A stretch of 64,000 bases of DNA from an uncultured Gemmatimonadales bacterium (GCA_963716255.1 OY970303.1:7552001-7616000), one strand, 5' to 3'; counted from the first letter of the stretch, positions 41,763-51,990 are shown. The notes: a model not told the origin generated them from the sequence alone. A program made the numbers and translations.

Positions 41763-41774
41763 GCGGAGCGGACC

Positions 41775-43088
41775 ATGACGTCCAAGGTGACCGCGCCGCG
41801 CCTGGCCGCGCTGGAAACGCTGCGCCGCGTGCGCGACGGCGACCTCGCGGACCGCGCCCTGGAGCGCGCGGCGGCGTCGCTGGAGGAGCGGGACCGCGCC
41901 TGGACTCAGGAACTGGTGTACGGTACCTTTCGCCTCCGCGGCCGCCTGGATTTCCTGCTGGACGCACTGGTGAAGGGCGGCCTCGCCGGGCTGGGCCCGG
42001 AGGTCCTGGACGTGCTGCGCCTGGGCGCCTACCAGCTCCTGGAGATGGGGAGCGTGCCGCCCTACGCGGCGGTGTCGCAGTCGGTGGAGCTGGCGCGTGA
42101 GGCGGGGGAGGGCAGGGCATCGGGGCTGGTGAACGGGGTGCTCCAGTCGCTGCGGCGGCGTGGCGGCGAGATCCGCTTCCCCGACCACGCCCGGGACCCG
42201 GTGGGGTGGCTCGCGGCGTGGCACTCGCACCCGCGCTGGCTGGTGGAGCGCTGGGTGCGCGCGTGGGGCGCGGACGAGGCGCAGGCGCTGCTGGAGGCCG
42301 ACAACCGGCGCCCGGAGCTGTACATGCGCCCGCTGCGGGTGGGGGTGCCGGAGGCGCGGACCCGGCTGGAGGCGGCGGGGATCGGGAGCGAGGCAGTGCC
42401 CTTTTCGCCGGACTCGCTGCGGGTGCTCCCGCCCGCGGGGGCGGTGGAGGCGCTGGGGGTGGTCCCGGCGGTGGTGCAGGACCCGGCTTCGGCGCTGGTG
42501 GTGCGCTACGCGGCGGTGCCGGAGGGGGCGCGGGTGCTGGACCTGGCGGCGGCGCCCGGCGGCAAGGCGCTGGGGATGGCGGAGCGGGCGCGCCTGGTGG
42601 TCGCGGCCGACGTGTCGTTCGGCCGGCTGCGGCGGGTGCGCGAGAACGCGGCGCGCGTGGGCGAGCCGCTCGCGTGCGTGGCGGCGGACGCGCTCTTTCC
42701 CCCCTTCCGCCCGGCCGCCGCGGACCTGGTGCTGCTGGACGCGCCCTGCACGGGCACGGGCACCCTGCGCCGCCACCCGGACGGGCGCTGGCGGGTGCGC
42801 CCGGAGGACCTGGCGGCGCTCGCGGCACTCCAGCGCGAGATGCTGGAGCAGGCGGCCGCCCTGGTGCGCCCCGGCGGGTGGCTGGTGTACTCCACCTGCT
42901 CGCTGGAGCCGGAGGAGAACGGGGAGCAGGTGGACGCGTTCCTGGGCGCGCACCCGGAGTTCGCGATGGATCCCGCCGGGGGCGCGGTGGACGACGGGCT
43001 GCTCGACGAGCGGGGACGCCTGGTGGTGCTCCCGCAGCGGACGGGCGTGGACGGGGCCTTCGCGGCCCGGATGCGGAGACGAACTTGA
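41775..43088 (+). CDS. rsmB: 16S rRNA m5C967 methyltransferase
   Basis: NusB-like N-terminus, SHPRW, DLAAAPGGK, DAPCTGTG and YSTCS. Confidence 0.93.
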   Translation: MTSKVTAPRLAALETLRRVRDGDLADRALERAAASLEERDRAWTQELVYGTFRLRGRLDFLLDALVKGGLAGLGPEVLDVLRLGAYQLLEMGSVPPYAAVSQSVELAREAGEGRASGLVNGVLQSLRRRGGEIRFPDHARDPVGWLAAWHSHPRWLVERWVRAWGADEAQALLEADNRRPELYMRPLRVGVPEARTRLEAAGIGSEAVPFSPDSLRVLPPAGAVEALGVVPAVVQDPASALVVRYAAVPEGARVLDLAAAPGGKALGMAERARLVVAADVSFGRLRRVRENAARVGEPLACVAADALFPPFRPAAADLVLLDAPCTGTGTLRRHPDGRWRVRPEDLAALAALQREMLEQAAALVRPGGWLVYSTCSLEPEENGEQVDAFLGAHPEFAMDPAGGAVDDGLLDERGRLVVLPQRTGVDGAFAARMRRRT

Positions 43089-43927
43089 ACGGAACCGGCG
43101 GCAAGCGCCTCGCCCTCCCCCGCGGGCGGCCAGGCCTCCTCCTGCGGGTGCTGGGGCTCGGGCTGGGGGCGTTCGTGGTGGGGTACGCCCTCACCACGCT
43201 CCTGGTGTTCCCTGGCTTCGGGCGGCAGGCCATCGTCACCGTCCCCGACCTTCGCGGCCGCACCTTCGCGGCGGCCCGCCGCGTCGCCGACGACGCGGGG
43301 GTGGACGTGGCCCGCGGGCCCTGGCTGTACCACCCCTCGGTGGACTCCGGGGCCGTGCTGGCGCAGAGCCCGCTCCCCGGCCAGGAGGTGACGCGCGGCG
43401 CGATGGTGCGGCTGACGCTCAGCGCCGGGCGGGAGCGCCGCCCCGTCCCGCAGGTGACGGACCTCACCGCGGCCCAGGCGCAGGATCTCCTGCAGCGCAC
43501 CGGGTTCGCGGTGCGCGTGCGCCGCGTCCTCTCGGAGCGCGCCGAGGGGCGCGTCCTGGGGGTGAAGCCGGAGGCGGGGACGGTGCTGCCGGTGCTCGCC
43601 ACCGTGGAGCTGACACTCAGCGCGGGGCCGCCGGTGGTGGTGGTGCCCATCGTCGCGGTGCCGGACCTGGGCGGGATGCCGGAGCCGCAGGCCCGGGCCG
43701 CGCTGCGCGAGGTGGGGCTGCGGCTGGGCGAGGTCGGCTACGAGCCGGGCTCGTCGGTTCCCCTGGGCGGGATCGCGGCGCAGAATCCCGCCGCCGGGGA
43801 CAGCGTGCGCGCGGGGTCCTCGGTGCGCGTGACCATCTCGGGGAGCCCGCCCACCGGCGTGGCCGTGCCGCCGCCGCCCGCGGACTCGGCCCCGGCGGAG
43901 CCGCCCGCCGAGCCCACCCCGCCGTGA
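43085..43927 (+). CDS. Membrane-anchored PASTA-domain protein (three PASTA repeats)
   Basis: TM segment followed by VPDLRG / VPQVTD / VPDLGG repeats with QSP/QNP motifs; TTG start overlaps the rsmB stop. Confidence 0.88.
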   Translation: MNGTGGKRLALPRGRPGLLLRVLGLGLGAFVVGYALTTLLVFPGFGRQAIVTVPDLRGRTFAAARRVADDAGVDVARGPWLYHPSVDSGAVLAQSPLPGQEVTRGAMVRLTLSAGRERRPVPQVTDLTAAQAQDLLQRTGFAVRVRRVLSERAEGRVLGVKPEAGTVLPVLATVELTLSAGPPVVVVPIVAVPDLGGMPEPQARAALREVGLRLGEVGYEPGSSVPLGGIAAQNPAAGDSVRAGSSVRVTISGSPPTGVAVPPPPADSAPAEPPAEPTPP

Positions 43928-43945
43928 GCCGTCGCAGGAGGCCGC

Positions 43946-44506
43946 ATGCGTAGACCGGATCGCCAGGGGTGGGTGGTGGGGGGCTTCGTCCTCCTCCTGG
44001 CCGGGCTGCTCGGGGCCGGGTGGCTGGTGCGCGACCGCTTTCTCCCCGTGGAGGTGGGCACGGCGGCCCCTGACTTCGCCGCCCGCGACATGCGGGGGCG
44101 CCCGGTGTCGCTGGAGCAGCTGCGCGGACAGGTGGTGCTCGTCAACATCTGGGCGACGTGGTGCGGCCCCTGCCGCGACGAGATGCCGTCGCTCCAGCGG
44201 CTCCACGAGCGCCTGGGCGCGCGCGGCCTGCACGTGGTGGCGGTGAGCGTGGACGGCGCGTCCGCGGCGGAGCGCGCCGCCGGCGACCCGCGGCGGCTGG
44301 TGGAGGCCTTCGCGCGGGAGATGGGGCTGGACTTCACCCTGTGGCTCGACCCCTCCGGCGAGGTGCAGCGCACCTACCGCACCACCGGGGTGCCGGAGTC
44401 GTTCCTGGTGGACCGGGACGGCACCATCGTCAAGAAGGTGATCGGGGCCACCGAGTGGGATTCCGGCGCCAACGTGGAGCTGGTCGAGCGCCTGCTGAAG
44501 CGCTGA
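43946..44506 (+). CDS. TlpA/ResA-like thiol-disulfide oxidoreductase
   Basis: APDF, NIWATWCGPC and GVPESFLVD. Confidence 0.92.
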   Translation: MRRPDRQGWVVGGFVLLLAGLLGAGWLVRDRFLPVEVGTAAPDFAARDMRGRPVSLEQLRGQVVLVNIWATWCGPCRDEMPSLQRLHERLGARGLHVVAVSVDGASAAERAAGDPRRLVEAFAREMGLDFTLWLDPSGEVQRTYRTTGVPESFLVDRDGTIVKKVIGATEWDSGANVELVERLLKR

Positions 44507-44509
44507 CGC

Positions 44510-45496
44510 GTGCGTCTCTCCCTGCGCACGGTCGCCCGGAACTGGCAGCTCAAGCTGGCGGCGCTCGCCCTGGCCATCCTCCTGTGGGTGGTGGTGAGCG
44601 CCGAGCAGGTCACCACGCAGTGGATCCCGGTCCCGGTGCGCGTCGCCCCCGGCGACCCCGACCGCGTGGTGACCGGCGGCCCCGTCCCGGGCCAGGTGGA
44701 GGTGCGCTTCGCCGGGCCGGGGCGCGAGCTGTGGGAGCTGGCGCTGGAGCGCCCCATGCTGGTGCTCCCGGTGGACGGGGTGCGGGCCGACACCCAGGTG
44801 TTCGAGCTGGAGCCGCGCATGGTGCGCATTCCCAACGGCCTTTCGGTGACGCCGCTGGACGTGCGGCCCGGCAGCGTCCGCGTGCTGACGCAGCGCCTGG
44901 TCACGCGCGACGTGCCGGTGCGCGTTCGGCTCGGGCGGCGCTCCCGCGACCGCTTCGTGGTGCTGGACACGCCGCGGGTGAGCCCCGCGACGGTCCGCGT
45001 CACGGGCCCGGCGGACCGGGTCGCCCGCCTGGACGCGGTGGTGACGGAGCCGCTGGAGATCGGCGCGGCCGATTCGGTCTTCCGCCTGGCGGTGCCGCTG
45101 GACGGCGACTCGCTGGGCGGCGTCCGCGCGTCCGCCCGCTCGGTGGAGGTGTCGGCGCGGGTGGACCGGGTGGTGGAGCGGATCTTCCCCGACGTCCCGG
45201 TCGCGCGGCTCGCGGGCGCCCTGGTCGCGCCGGAGCGGGTGGACGTGCGGGTGCAGGGCCCCTCGCGCCTGGTGCGTGCGCTGGACGCGGCTTCGCTCCG
45301 GGTGACGGTCGGCGTGGACTCCCTCCCCGCGGTGCTCCCGGCGGGAGGCGCGCCGGCCCCGCTCCGCGTGGGCGGCATCCCCGCGGGCCTTTCGGCCCGC
45401 GCCGTTCCCGCCGTCGTCCGCATCTCCGCCGCCGCGGCCCCGGCACCTCCCGCGCCGGACAGCGCCCAGGCGCAGCCGCTTGAGGACGGCCGGTGA
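44510..45496 (+). CDS. YbbR/CdaR-like membrane-anchored protein
   Basis: NWQLKLAALALAILLW anchor; repeated PxxVxVxGP beta motifs. Confidence 0.8.
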   Translation: MRLSLRTVARNWQLKLAALALAILLWVVVSAEQVTTQWIPVPVRVAPGDPDRVVTGGPVPGQVEVRFAGPGRELWELALERPMLVLPVDGVRADTQVFELEPRMVRIPNGLSVTPLDVRPGSVRVLTQRLVTRDVPVRVRLGRRSRDRFVVLDTPRVSPATVRVTGPADRVARLDAVVTEPLEIGAADSVFRLAVPLDGDSLGGVRASARSVEVSARVDRVVERIFPDVPVARLAGALVAPERVDVRVQGPSRLVRALDAASLRVTVGVDSLPAVLPAGGAPAPLRVGGIPAGLSARAVPAVVRISAAAAPAPPAPDSAQAQPLEDGR

Positions 45497-46554
45497 GCCG
45501 CCCGCCGCTGGTCCTGGGGATCGAGACATCCTGCGACGAGACGTCCGCGGCGGTGCTCCGCGGCGAGACGGAGCTGCTGGGGCACGTGATCTATTCGCAG
45601 GACGTGCACCGCCTGTACGGCGGGGTGGTCCCGGAGCTCGCCTCGCGCGTGCACCTGCGCACGCTGGACGACGTGGTGGAGGGCGCGCTCCGCGAGGCGG
45701 GCGCGACGCTCGCCGACGTGGACGTGGTGGGGGTCACCGCCGGCCCCGGGCTGGTGGGGGCGCTGCTGGTGGGCGTGGCGTGGGCGAAGGCGGCGGCGTG
45801 GGCCGGCGGGAAGCCGGTGGTGGGGGTGCACCACATGGAGGCGCACCTCTTCGCCGCGCAGCTGGAGCACCCGGAGGCGGAGCCGCCCTTCGTGGCGCTG
45901 CTGGTCTCTGGCGGGCACACCATGCTCCTCTGGGTCCCCCGCTGGGGCGAATACCACCTCCTGGGCGCCACGCGCGACGACGCGGCCGGCGAGGCGTTCG
46001 ACAAGGCCGCCAAGGTGCTGGGCCTCCCGTACCCGGGCGGCCCGTCCGTGCAGGAGGCCGCCGGGGGCGGCGATCCCCGCCGCCACCCGCTCCCGCGTCC
46101 GCTGCTGCACGGCGGCCAGCGCCCCGGCGAGCCGGACTACTATGCCATGTCGTTCAGCGGCCTCAAGAATGCTCTGCGCCTGCGCGTGCGCGAGGTGGAG
46201 AAGGGGGGTGCGCTCGCGGACGAGGTTCCCCACCTGGCCGCCGCCTTCCAGGCCGCCGCCGTGGAGGTGCTGGTGCGCAAGACGATGCGCGCGGTGCAGG
46301 CGCAGGGGTGCCGCCGCGTGGTGCTGGGCGGCGGCGTCGCCAACAGCCGCGCGTTGCGCGAGGAGATGCGCCGCGCCCTGGGTCCCGCCGGCGAGCTGTT
46401 CGCCCCCTCGCCGCGGCTTTCCACCGACAACGGCGCCATGATCGCCCGCGCCGCGCTCTTCCGCTGGCAGCGCGGCGAGACCGCGGGGCTGGACCTGAAC
46501 GCGCGCCCGGACCTGCCGTTTCCCGGGCTGGTGCGCGGGGAGGGCAGGGGATAG
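45493..46554 (+). CDS. tsaD: tRNA N6-adenosine threonylcarbamoyltransferase
   Basis: GIETSCDET, GGVVPELASR, HHMEAH, VSGGHT, DDAAGEAFDK and TDNGAMIA. Confidence 0.97.
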   Translation: MSRPPLVLGIETSCDETSAAVLRGETELLGHVIYSQDVHRLYGGVVPELASRVHLRTLDDVVEGALREAGATLADVDVVGVTAGPGLVGALLVGVAWAKAAAWAGGKPVVGVHHMEAHLFAAQLEHPEAEPPFVALLVSGGHTMLLWVPRWGEYHLLGATRDDAAGEAFDKAAKVLGLPYPGGPSVQEAAGGGDPRRHPLPRPLLHGGQRPGEPDYYAMSFSGLKNALRLRVREVEKGGALADEVPHLAAAFQAAAVEVLVRKTMRAVQAQGCRRVVLGGGVANSRALREEMRRALGPAGELFAPSPRLSTDNGAMIARAALFRWQRGETAGLDLNARPDLPFPGLVRGEGRG

Positions 46555-46749
46555 GGGACAGCCGGCAACGGCGACCCCCTCCCCCGGCCCCTCCCCGCAA
46601 GGTGGAGGGGAGAACGACGACGGCACCCCCCATCCCCCCGACCCCCTTCCCCCGCAAGCGAGGGAAGGGGGAGCACGACGGGCCGGCGCGGTTGTCCCCT
46701 CCCTCGCTTGCGGGGGAGGGGACAACCGCGCCGGGGTGGGGGGTCCCCG

Positions 46750-46897
46750 CGGACGCCAGCGCGGAGCCGCGTGAGGGATTTCGGCCCGAAGGGGCGAGAC
46801 CCGGCGGCTGTTTGCCGGGGCTCGACTCCGTTGGCGAGCGTTGTCTGCTCGCTTACGGAGCCGAAGCCCGACCCCGGCGCCAGCCGGGGGCACGCCC
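46750..46897 (+). repeat. Repeat family A, copy 9, preceded by three B-type hairpins at 46575-46725
   Basis: Consensus match; stem ggcgagc/gctcgct. Confidence 0.95.
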
Positions 46898-46986
46898 GAA
46901 CCCTGCCGTTCCGTCTCTGTTTGCTGTTCCTGGCATGCAAGTAGCACTCGACAGGAGGTCGACACGAATGCCCGCCCGCTGAGTGG

Positions 46987-47889
46987 ATGCCCGGCTTGCT
47001 GACGATCTTTCACGTTTCCGACCTGCACTTCGGCCCTCCGTACTACCCGGAGGTCGGCGAAGCCGTGCAGCGCTTCGCCGCCGAGCTGCAGCCGGACGTG
47101 ATCGTGGCTTCCGGCGACTTCACGCAGCGGGCTCGCGAGGACCAGTTCCGCGACGCGCGCGCCTTCCTGGACCGCTTTCCGCGCGCCCCGCTGATCGTGG
47201 TCCCCGGCAACCACGACGTGCCGCTGTACCGCGGCCTGGAGCGGGTGCTCTCGCCGTACACGCTGTACGAAAAGTACATCTCGGAGGAGCTGGACACCGT
47301 CACCGACGTGCCGGGGGCGCGGATCGTGGCGCTGAACTCCACGGCGCCGCTGCGGGCGATCACCAACGGGCGGATCCACCGCTGGCAGATCGAGCTGGCG
47401 CGCCGGGCCTTCGCGGACACGCCCGCGGGGACGCACCGCATCGTGGTGGCGCACCACCACTTCGCGCCGCCGCCGGACTGGGAGGGGGGCGACGTGATGC
47501 CCAAGGCGAAGCGCGCCCTGGACGCCTTCACCGAGATGCGCGTGGACCTGATCCTGGGCGGCCACCTGCACCGCAGCTACATCGGCAACTCGCTGGACGT
47601 GTACGCCGGCGAGGACCGCGAGCACGGGATCATCATCGCGCAGAGCGGCACCTCCACCTCGCGGCGGGGCCGGGCGCGGGAGCGCGAGAAGAACACCTTC
47701 AACGTGCTCAAGCTGGACGCGCGCGCCATCGAGGCGACGCACTACATGTACTTCGACGACGCGGGGGGCTTCGTCCCCACGAGCCGCCACACCTTCTTCC
47801 GCCGAGGACGGCCGCCGCTCCCGGGCGAGCACGCGCCGGCCGGGGTGGAGAGAGAGACCGGGGATGCCGACCTTCGACTATCGACGTAA
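46987..47889 (+). CDS. Calcineurin-like metallophosphoesterase
   Basis: SDLHFG, SGDFT, PGNHD, HHH and GGHLH. Confidence 0.9.
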   Translation: MPGLLTIFHVSDLHFGPPYYPEVGEAVQRFAAELQPDVIVASGDFTQRAREDQFRDARAFLDRFPRAPLIVVPGNHDVPLYRGLERVLSPYTLYEKYISEELDTVTDVPGARIVALNSTAPLRAITNGRIHRWQIELARRAFADTPAGTHRIVVAHHHFAPPPDWEGGDVMPKAKRALDAFTEMRVDLILGGHLHRSYIGNSLDVYAGEDREHGIIIAQSGTSTSRRGRAREREKNTFNVLKLDARAIEATHYMYFDDAGGFVPTSRHTFFRRGRPPLPGEHAPAGVERETGDADLRLST

Positions 47890-48100
47890 GCTTTCGCTCA
47901 AGGAGCAGCTCCCCGCCCTGGGCGCGGGGGTGGGTGCCGGCATCGCCATCGGGGCGTCGGTGTTCTACCTGGCGCGCCTGATGATGCAGCGCACGCCGCT
48001 GCGCGGCACCCCCGCGGCGAACCCCGCCGGCGTGGCGCGCCCGGGCGAGGCGTCGCCGTTCCCGTCGGCGCCGGTGCGTCCCCCCGCCGGGCCGCGGTAG
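47864..48100 (+). CDS. Small single-TM hypothetical protein
   Basis: Hydrophobic ALGAGVGAGIAIGASVFYL; overlaps both neighbours as in an operon. Confidence 0.55.
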   Translation: MPTFDYRRKLSLKEQLPALGAGVGAGIAIGASVFYLARLMMQRTPLRGTPAANPAGVARPGEASPFPSAPVRPPAGPR

Positions 48101-49311
48101 TGGCCTCCGCGGACCGCGCGCTCCGGGCGCTCGCCTGGCTGCTGGGCGGGCTGCTGGTGGTCCTCGTGGTGGGCGGCGGCGTCCTCTGGTACCTGACCCG
48201 GACCCGCGGCGGGCGCGAGCGCGTCCTGACGCTGACGATGGACCGGCTGGGCGCGGGGATCCGCGGCAAGCTGGAGGTGGAGCGCATCGACGGCAACCTG
48301 ATCACCGGGGCCAAGCTGTACGGCGTGTCGCTGCGCGACGAGACGGGCGAGCCCTTCGTGCTGGCCGACAGCGCCTTCCTGGACTACGACCTGCGCACGC
48401 TCACCACCCCGCGCATCCACATCGAGCGCGCGGTCCTGTACTCGCCCGAGATCTACGTCTACCAGCTCCCGGGCGACACGCTCTGGAACTACCAGAAGCT
48501 CTTCCCGCCGGGGGAGAAGCCCGGCCCGCAGCGCTACACGCTGGTGGACCGCGCGTGGGTGGTGGGGGCGAACGTGCGGGTGCGGATCCCCTGGGAGCCC
48601 GTGGACACCGCTCCCCGGGCGCGCCGCCGCGAGATCCGCGAGGCGCTGGCGGACACTTCGCCGGTGATGGTGCAGCAGGTGCGGGGCGGCTACCTGCGCA
48701 CCATCAACCTGCGCGCGGTGAGCGGGGCGCTGCGCGACGTGCGCTTCGCTCCCGGGTCGCAGGCCGGGTCGTACTTCGGCATCGACAGCCTCTTCGGCAC
48801 GGTGCAGTTCTTCCGCACGCCCTTCCGGGTGGAGCGCATGCGGGGCGAGCTGCAGCTGGTGGAGGACCGGGTGGAGTTCAGCGCCCCCCTCCTGGAGCTC
48901 CCCGATTCGCGCTTCTCCACCGCCGGGGTGATCACGCTGGGGAAGCGCGGCGAGGATCCCCGCTACGACGTCACCTTCCGCAGCGACAGCGTGGCGCTCC
49001 GGGACCTGCGCTGGCTGTACCCTCGCTTCCCCCGCGACGCCACGGGGGGGCTGACGCTGCTGGTGGAGACCCGCGACGACGGCACCCTGTTCCTCGCCCG
49101 CGACATGAGCTTCCGCGCGCCGGGGACCCGCCTTTCCGGCGGGTTCGGGATGATCGCGGGGGACACGCTGAAGTTCGTGGACGTGGACCTCCGGGCGGAC
49201 CCGCTCGACGCCGCCACGCTCGAGGGTATGCTCCCCGACAGCCTGCCGGTGCGCGGGCTGCGCATCGGGTCGGTGGAGATCGCCGGCCCGCAGTCCCCCC
49301 GGAGCCGCTGA
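48100..49311 (+). CDS. AsmA/TamB N-terminal-like protein
   Basis: N-terminal TM followed by TRGGRE, G.LEVERIDGNL and beta-rich repeats. Confidence 0.6.
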   Translation: MASADRALRALAWLLGGLLVVLVVGGGVLWYLTRTRGGRERVLTLTMDRLGAGIRGKLEVERIDGNLITGAKLYGVSLRDETGEPFVLADSAFLDYDLRTLTTPRIHIERAVLYSPEIYVYQLPGDTLWNYQKLFPPGEKPGPQRYTLVDRAWVVGANVRVRIPWEPVDTAPRARRREIREALADTSPVMVQQVRGGYLRTINLRAVSGALRDVRFAPGSQAGSYFGIDSLFGTVQFFRTPFRVERMRGELQLVEDRVEFSAPLLELPDSRFSTAGVITLGKRGEDPRYDVTFRSDSVALRDLRWLYPRFPRDATGGLTLLVETRDDGTLFLARDMSFRAPGTRLSGGFGMIAGDTLKFVDVDLRADPLDAATLEGMLPDSLPVRGLRIGSVEIAGPQSPRSR

Positions 49312-49344
49312 GCGGCCCCTCCTTCCCCCTCCACCTCACATTCC

Positions 49345-50682
49345 ATGTCCGACACCGCCTCGCCCGCGGAGCGAGCCTCCCTCGTCCGCGCGGTCGGAGT
49401 CCTGGGGCTCGCCGCCGGGATCGTCAACGTCACCGTGGGGGGCGGGATCTTCAGGCTCCCGGCCGGGGTCGCGGGCTCCCTGGGGACCGCGGCGCCGGTG
49501 GCGTACGTGGTCTGCGCGCTGGCCATGGCGCTGATCGTCCTGTGCTTCGCGGAGGCGGGGAGCCGGGTGGCGCTCACCGGCGGCCCGTACGCCTACGTGG
49601 AGGTGGCGTTCGGCCCGTTCGTGGGGTTCCTGGCCGGGACCCTCCTCTGGCTGGTGGGCACCACGGCGCTCGCCGCCGTGGCCACCATCTTCGCGGATTC
49701 CATGGGGAGCCTGCTCCCCGCGCTCGGGGGGCCCGGGGCGCGCGCGGTCTTCCTCGTGGTGGTGTTCGCCCTGCTGGCGGGCCTCAACGTCCGCGGCGTG
49801 CGGCAGGGGGTGGCGCTCAACAACGTCGCGACCGTGGCAAAGCTCCTCCCGCTCCTCCTCCTGCTGGGGGTGGGAGCCTTCGCCGTCCGGCCGGAAAACC
49901 TCGCGTGGCAGGGGACGCCGGAGGCGGGCGCGGTGGCGCGCACCAGCATCCTGCTCATCTTCGCCTTCGCGGGGATCGAGAGCGCGCTCGTTCCCAGCGG
50001 GGAGGTGCGGGACCCGGCGCGCACCGTGCCGCGGGCCGTCTTCCTCGCCATGCTGCTGATCACCCTGCTGTACCTGGGCCTGCACCTGGTGGCGCAGGGA
50101 GTGCTGGGAGCGGAGCTGGCCGCCAGCAAGACGCCGCTCGCGGACGCGGCGGGAGCGGCGCTGGGCCCGTGGGGACGCACGCTGATCCTGGTGGGCGCGG
50201 CCGTGTCTATGTTCGGGTACGTGAGCGGGATGACGCTCGCGGTGCCGCGCGCGCTGTTCGCCTTCGGGCGCGACGGCTTCCTGCCGCGGGGCCTCGCCGC
50301 GGTGCACCCGCGCTGGCGCACCCCGCACGTCGCCATCGCGGTGCAGACGGTGATCGTCTGCGCGCTGGCGATCTCGGGCACCTTCGAGCAGCTGGCCATC
50401 CTGGCCAACCTGTCGACGCTGCTCCTGTACGGCGCCTGCGCCCTGGCGTCGTGGGAGCTGCGCCGCAGGAACGTGCGCGCGGACGGCGTGCCCTTCCGCG
50501 TCCCCGCCGCCGGCGTGGTGCCGTTCCTGGCGTGCGGCGTGATCGTCTGGATGCTGGGCAGCGTGACGCTGCGCGAATGGGCGGTGACGGTGGGGGTGCT
50601 CGCCGCGGCCGCGGTGGTGTTCCTGCTCACCCGCGGGCACCGCGCCGGGATGGCCCGCGTGTCGGCGGAGGGAGCGGCGTAG
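49345..50682 (+). CDS. APC-family amino acid permease
   Basis: VGGGIF, FAEAGSR..TGGPYAY, FAFAGIE and GEVRDPARTVPRA. Confidence 0.92.
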   Translation: MSDTASPAERASLVRAVGVLGLAAGIVNVTVGGGIFRLPAGVAGSLGTAAPVAYVVCALAMALIVLCFAEAGSRVALTGGPYAYVEVAFGPFVGFLAGTLLWLVGTTALAAVATIFADSMGSLLPALGGPGARAVFLVVVFALLAGLNVRGVRQGVALNNVATVAKLLPLLLLLGVGAFAVRPENLAWQGTPEAGAVARTSILLIFAFAGIESALVPSGEVRDPARTVPRAVFLAMLLITLLYLGLHLVAQGVLGAELAASKTPLADAAGAALGPWGRTLILVGAAVSMFGYVSGMTLAVPRALFAFGRDGFLPRGLAAVHPRWRTPHVAIAVQTVIVCALAISGTFEQLAILANLSTLLLYGACALASWELRRRNVRADGVPFRVPAAGVVPFLACGVIVWMLGSVTLREWAVTVGVLAAAAVVFLLTRGHRAGMARVSAEGAA

Positions 50683-50881
50683 CCCGCCCGGCCCGGCACG
50701 ACGCTTCCGCGCGCCCCGGAGCACGGGGCGGCAGCGAGGGCGAAAAGGCGCCCCCGTCCGGAGATCCGGGCGGGGGCGCCGTGTCTCGCAGCCGCGACGG
50801 CCTTCGCGTGAGGGATTTCGGCCCGAAGGGGCGAGACCCGGCGGCTGTTTGCCGGGGCTCGACTCCGTTGCAAACGGTAGT

Positions 50882-51990
50882 AGACGGGTTGCACAATAGA
50901 TGCAGGACGCAGGGCTTGCTGCGGCTGGACCGGGACTCGGCAAGAGGAGGAGAGCATGCTCACGGTGGCGCGCCTTCGCAAGAGACCTGCGCATCTGTAC
51001 AACTTCACGGGGCTTACGCTGGAGCAGTTCGATCAGCTCCTGGCTGAGGTGACTCCGGTCTATGCCGCGCGCGAGCGGCAGCGCAAGGACAGGCCTGGGC
51101 GCAGACGTGCACCGGGAGCGGGTCATCCCTTCGCGCTGGCTCTGCCGGAGCGGCTGCTGCTGACCCTGATGTACTTGCGCCTGTACGTGAGCGAGCCGCT
51201 CCTGGGCTACCTCTTCGACGTGCATCCGAGCAGCATCAATCGAGAGAGGAACCTGCGCATGGTCCCTGCCCTGACCCAGGTGCTGCCCATGCCTGCACGA
51301 GAGGAATGGGGCTTGGTCCGGTCCCCGGAGTCGCAGGGCGCCAGACGCGGCAAGCGCATCGACACGCTGGAAGAGCTGCTACGGCGCCATCCGGAGATCG
51401 CCGAGGTGCTCATCGACGCTACCGAGCAGCCTCTACGGCGGCCCAAGGACCCTCAGGCCAGGCGCGAGCGCTACTCGGGGAAGAAGAAGCGGCATACGGC
51501 CAAGACGCAGGTGACGACCACACGGGACAAGCGCGTTCTGCACGCGAGTCGGTGGGTGCCCGGTAGCCTGCACGACATGACGCTGCTGCGCTTCAGCGGT
51601 GTGCTCCACGCTCTGCCTGGGAGCGTGCGCGTCGCACGCCTGGACCGTGGCTATGAGGGTGCGAAGGACGCCTACCCCACAGCGGCCGTCGAGCAGCCCT
51701 TCAAGACCCACCGCACTCAGCGACTGACCTGGCTCGGGCACGCCTACAACCGGATGCAGGCCCGATTGCGCATCGTCGTCGAGCATGCCCTGGCCGCCCT
51801 GAAGCGCTACCGCATCCTGGCGGAACTCTACCGCGGGCAGATGCAGCGCTACGACGACTGCTTCGGCGTCGTCTGCGGCTTGCAGAACTTCCGTGTCATG
51901 GGCCGCCTCTCCTGGTGAGCCTCACCCCTCCGCTCCTTGACTACGCCGCTTCGCGCCTCTTCCGCTCTCCAGCTATTGTGCAACCCGTCT
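50882..51990 (+). mobile_element. IS5-family (ISL2-like) insertion sequence, about 1.1 kb
   Basis: Perfect terminal inverted repeats agacgggttgcacaatag / ctattgtgcaacccgtct; AGT target duplication (TAGTA if the ends are drawn 1 nt inward); single transposase ORF. Confidence 0.9.
50956..51918 (+). CDS. DDE transposase (HTH_Tnp_4 plus DDE_Tnp_4-like)
   Basis: FTGL..EQF, LLLTLMYLR, IDATE, YSGKKKRHT, LDRGY and RIVVEH; gaggag RBS. Confidence 0.92.
   Translation: MLTVARLRKRPAHLYNFTGLTLEQFDQLLAEVTPVYAARERQRKDRPGRRRAPGAGHPFALALPERLLLTLMYLRLYVSEPLLGYLFDVHPSSINRERNLRMVPALTQVLPMPAREEWGLVRSPESQGARRGKRIDTLEELLRRHPEIAEVLIDATEQPLRRPKDPQARRERYSGKKKRHTAKTQVTTTRDKRVLHASRWVPGSLHDMTLLRFSGVLHALPGSVRVARLDRGYEGAKDAYPTAAVEQPFKTHRTQRLTWLGHAYNRMQARLRIVVEHALAALKRYRILAELYRGQMQRYDDCFGVVCGLQNFRVMGRLSW

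Noticed and set aside
50956..51918. IS transposase as the enzyme that spreads family A
   Set aside because: The IS has its own IRs, which are unrelated to the repeat ends, and it interrupts a pre-existing copy.
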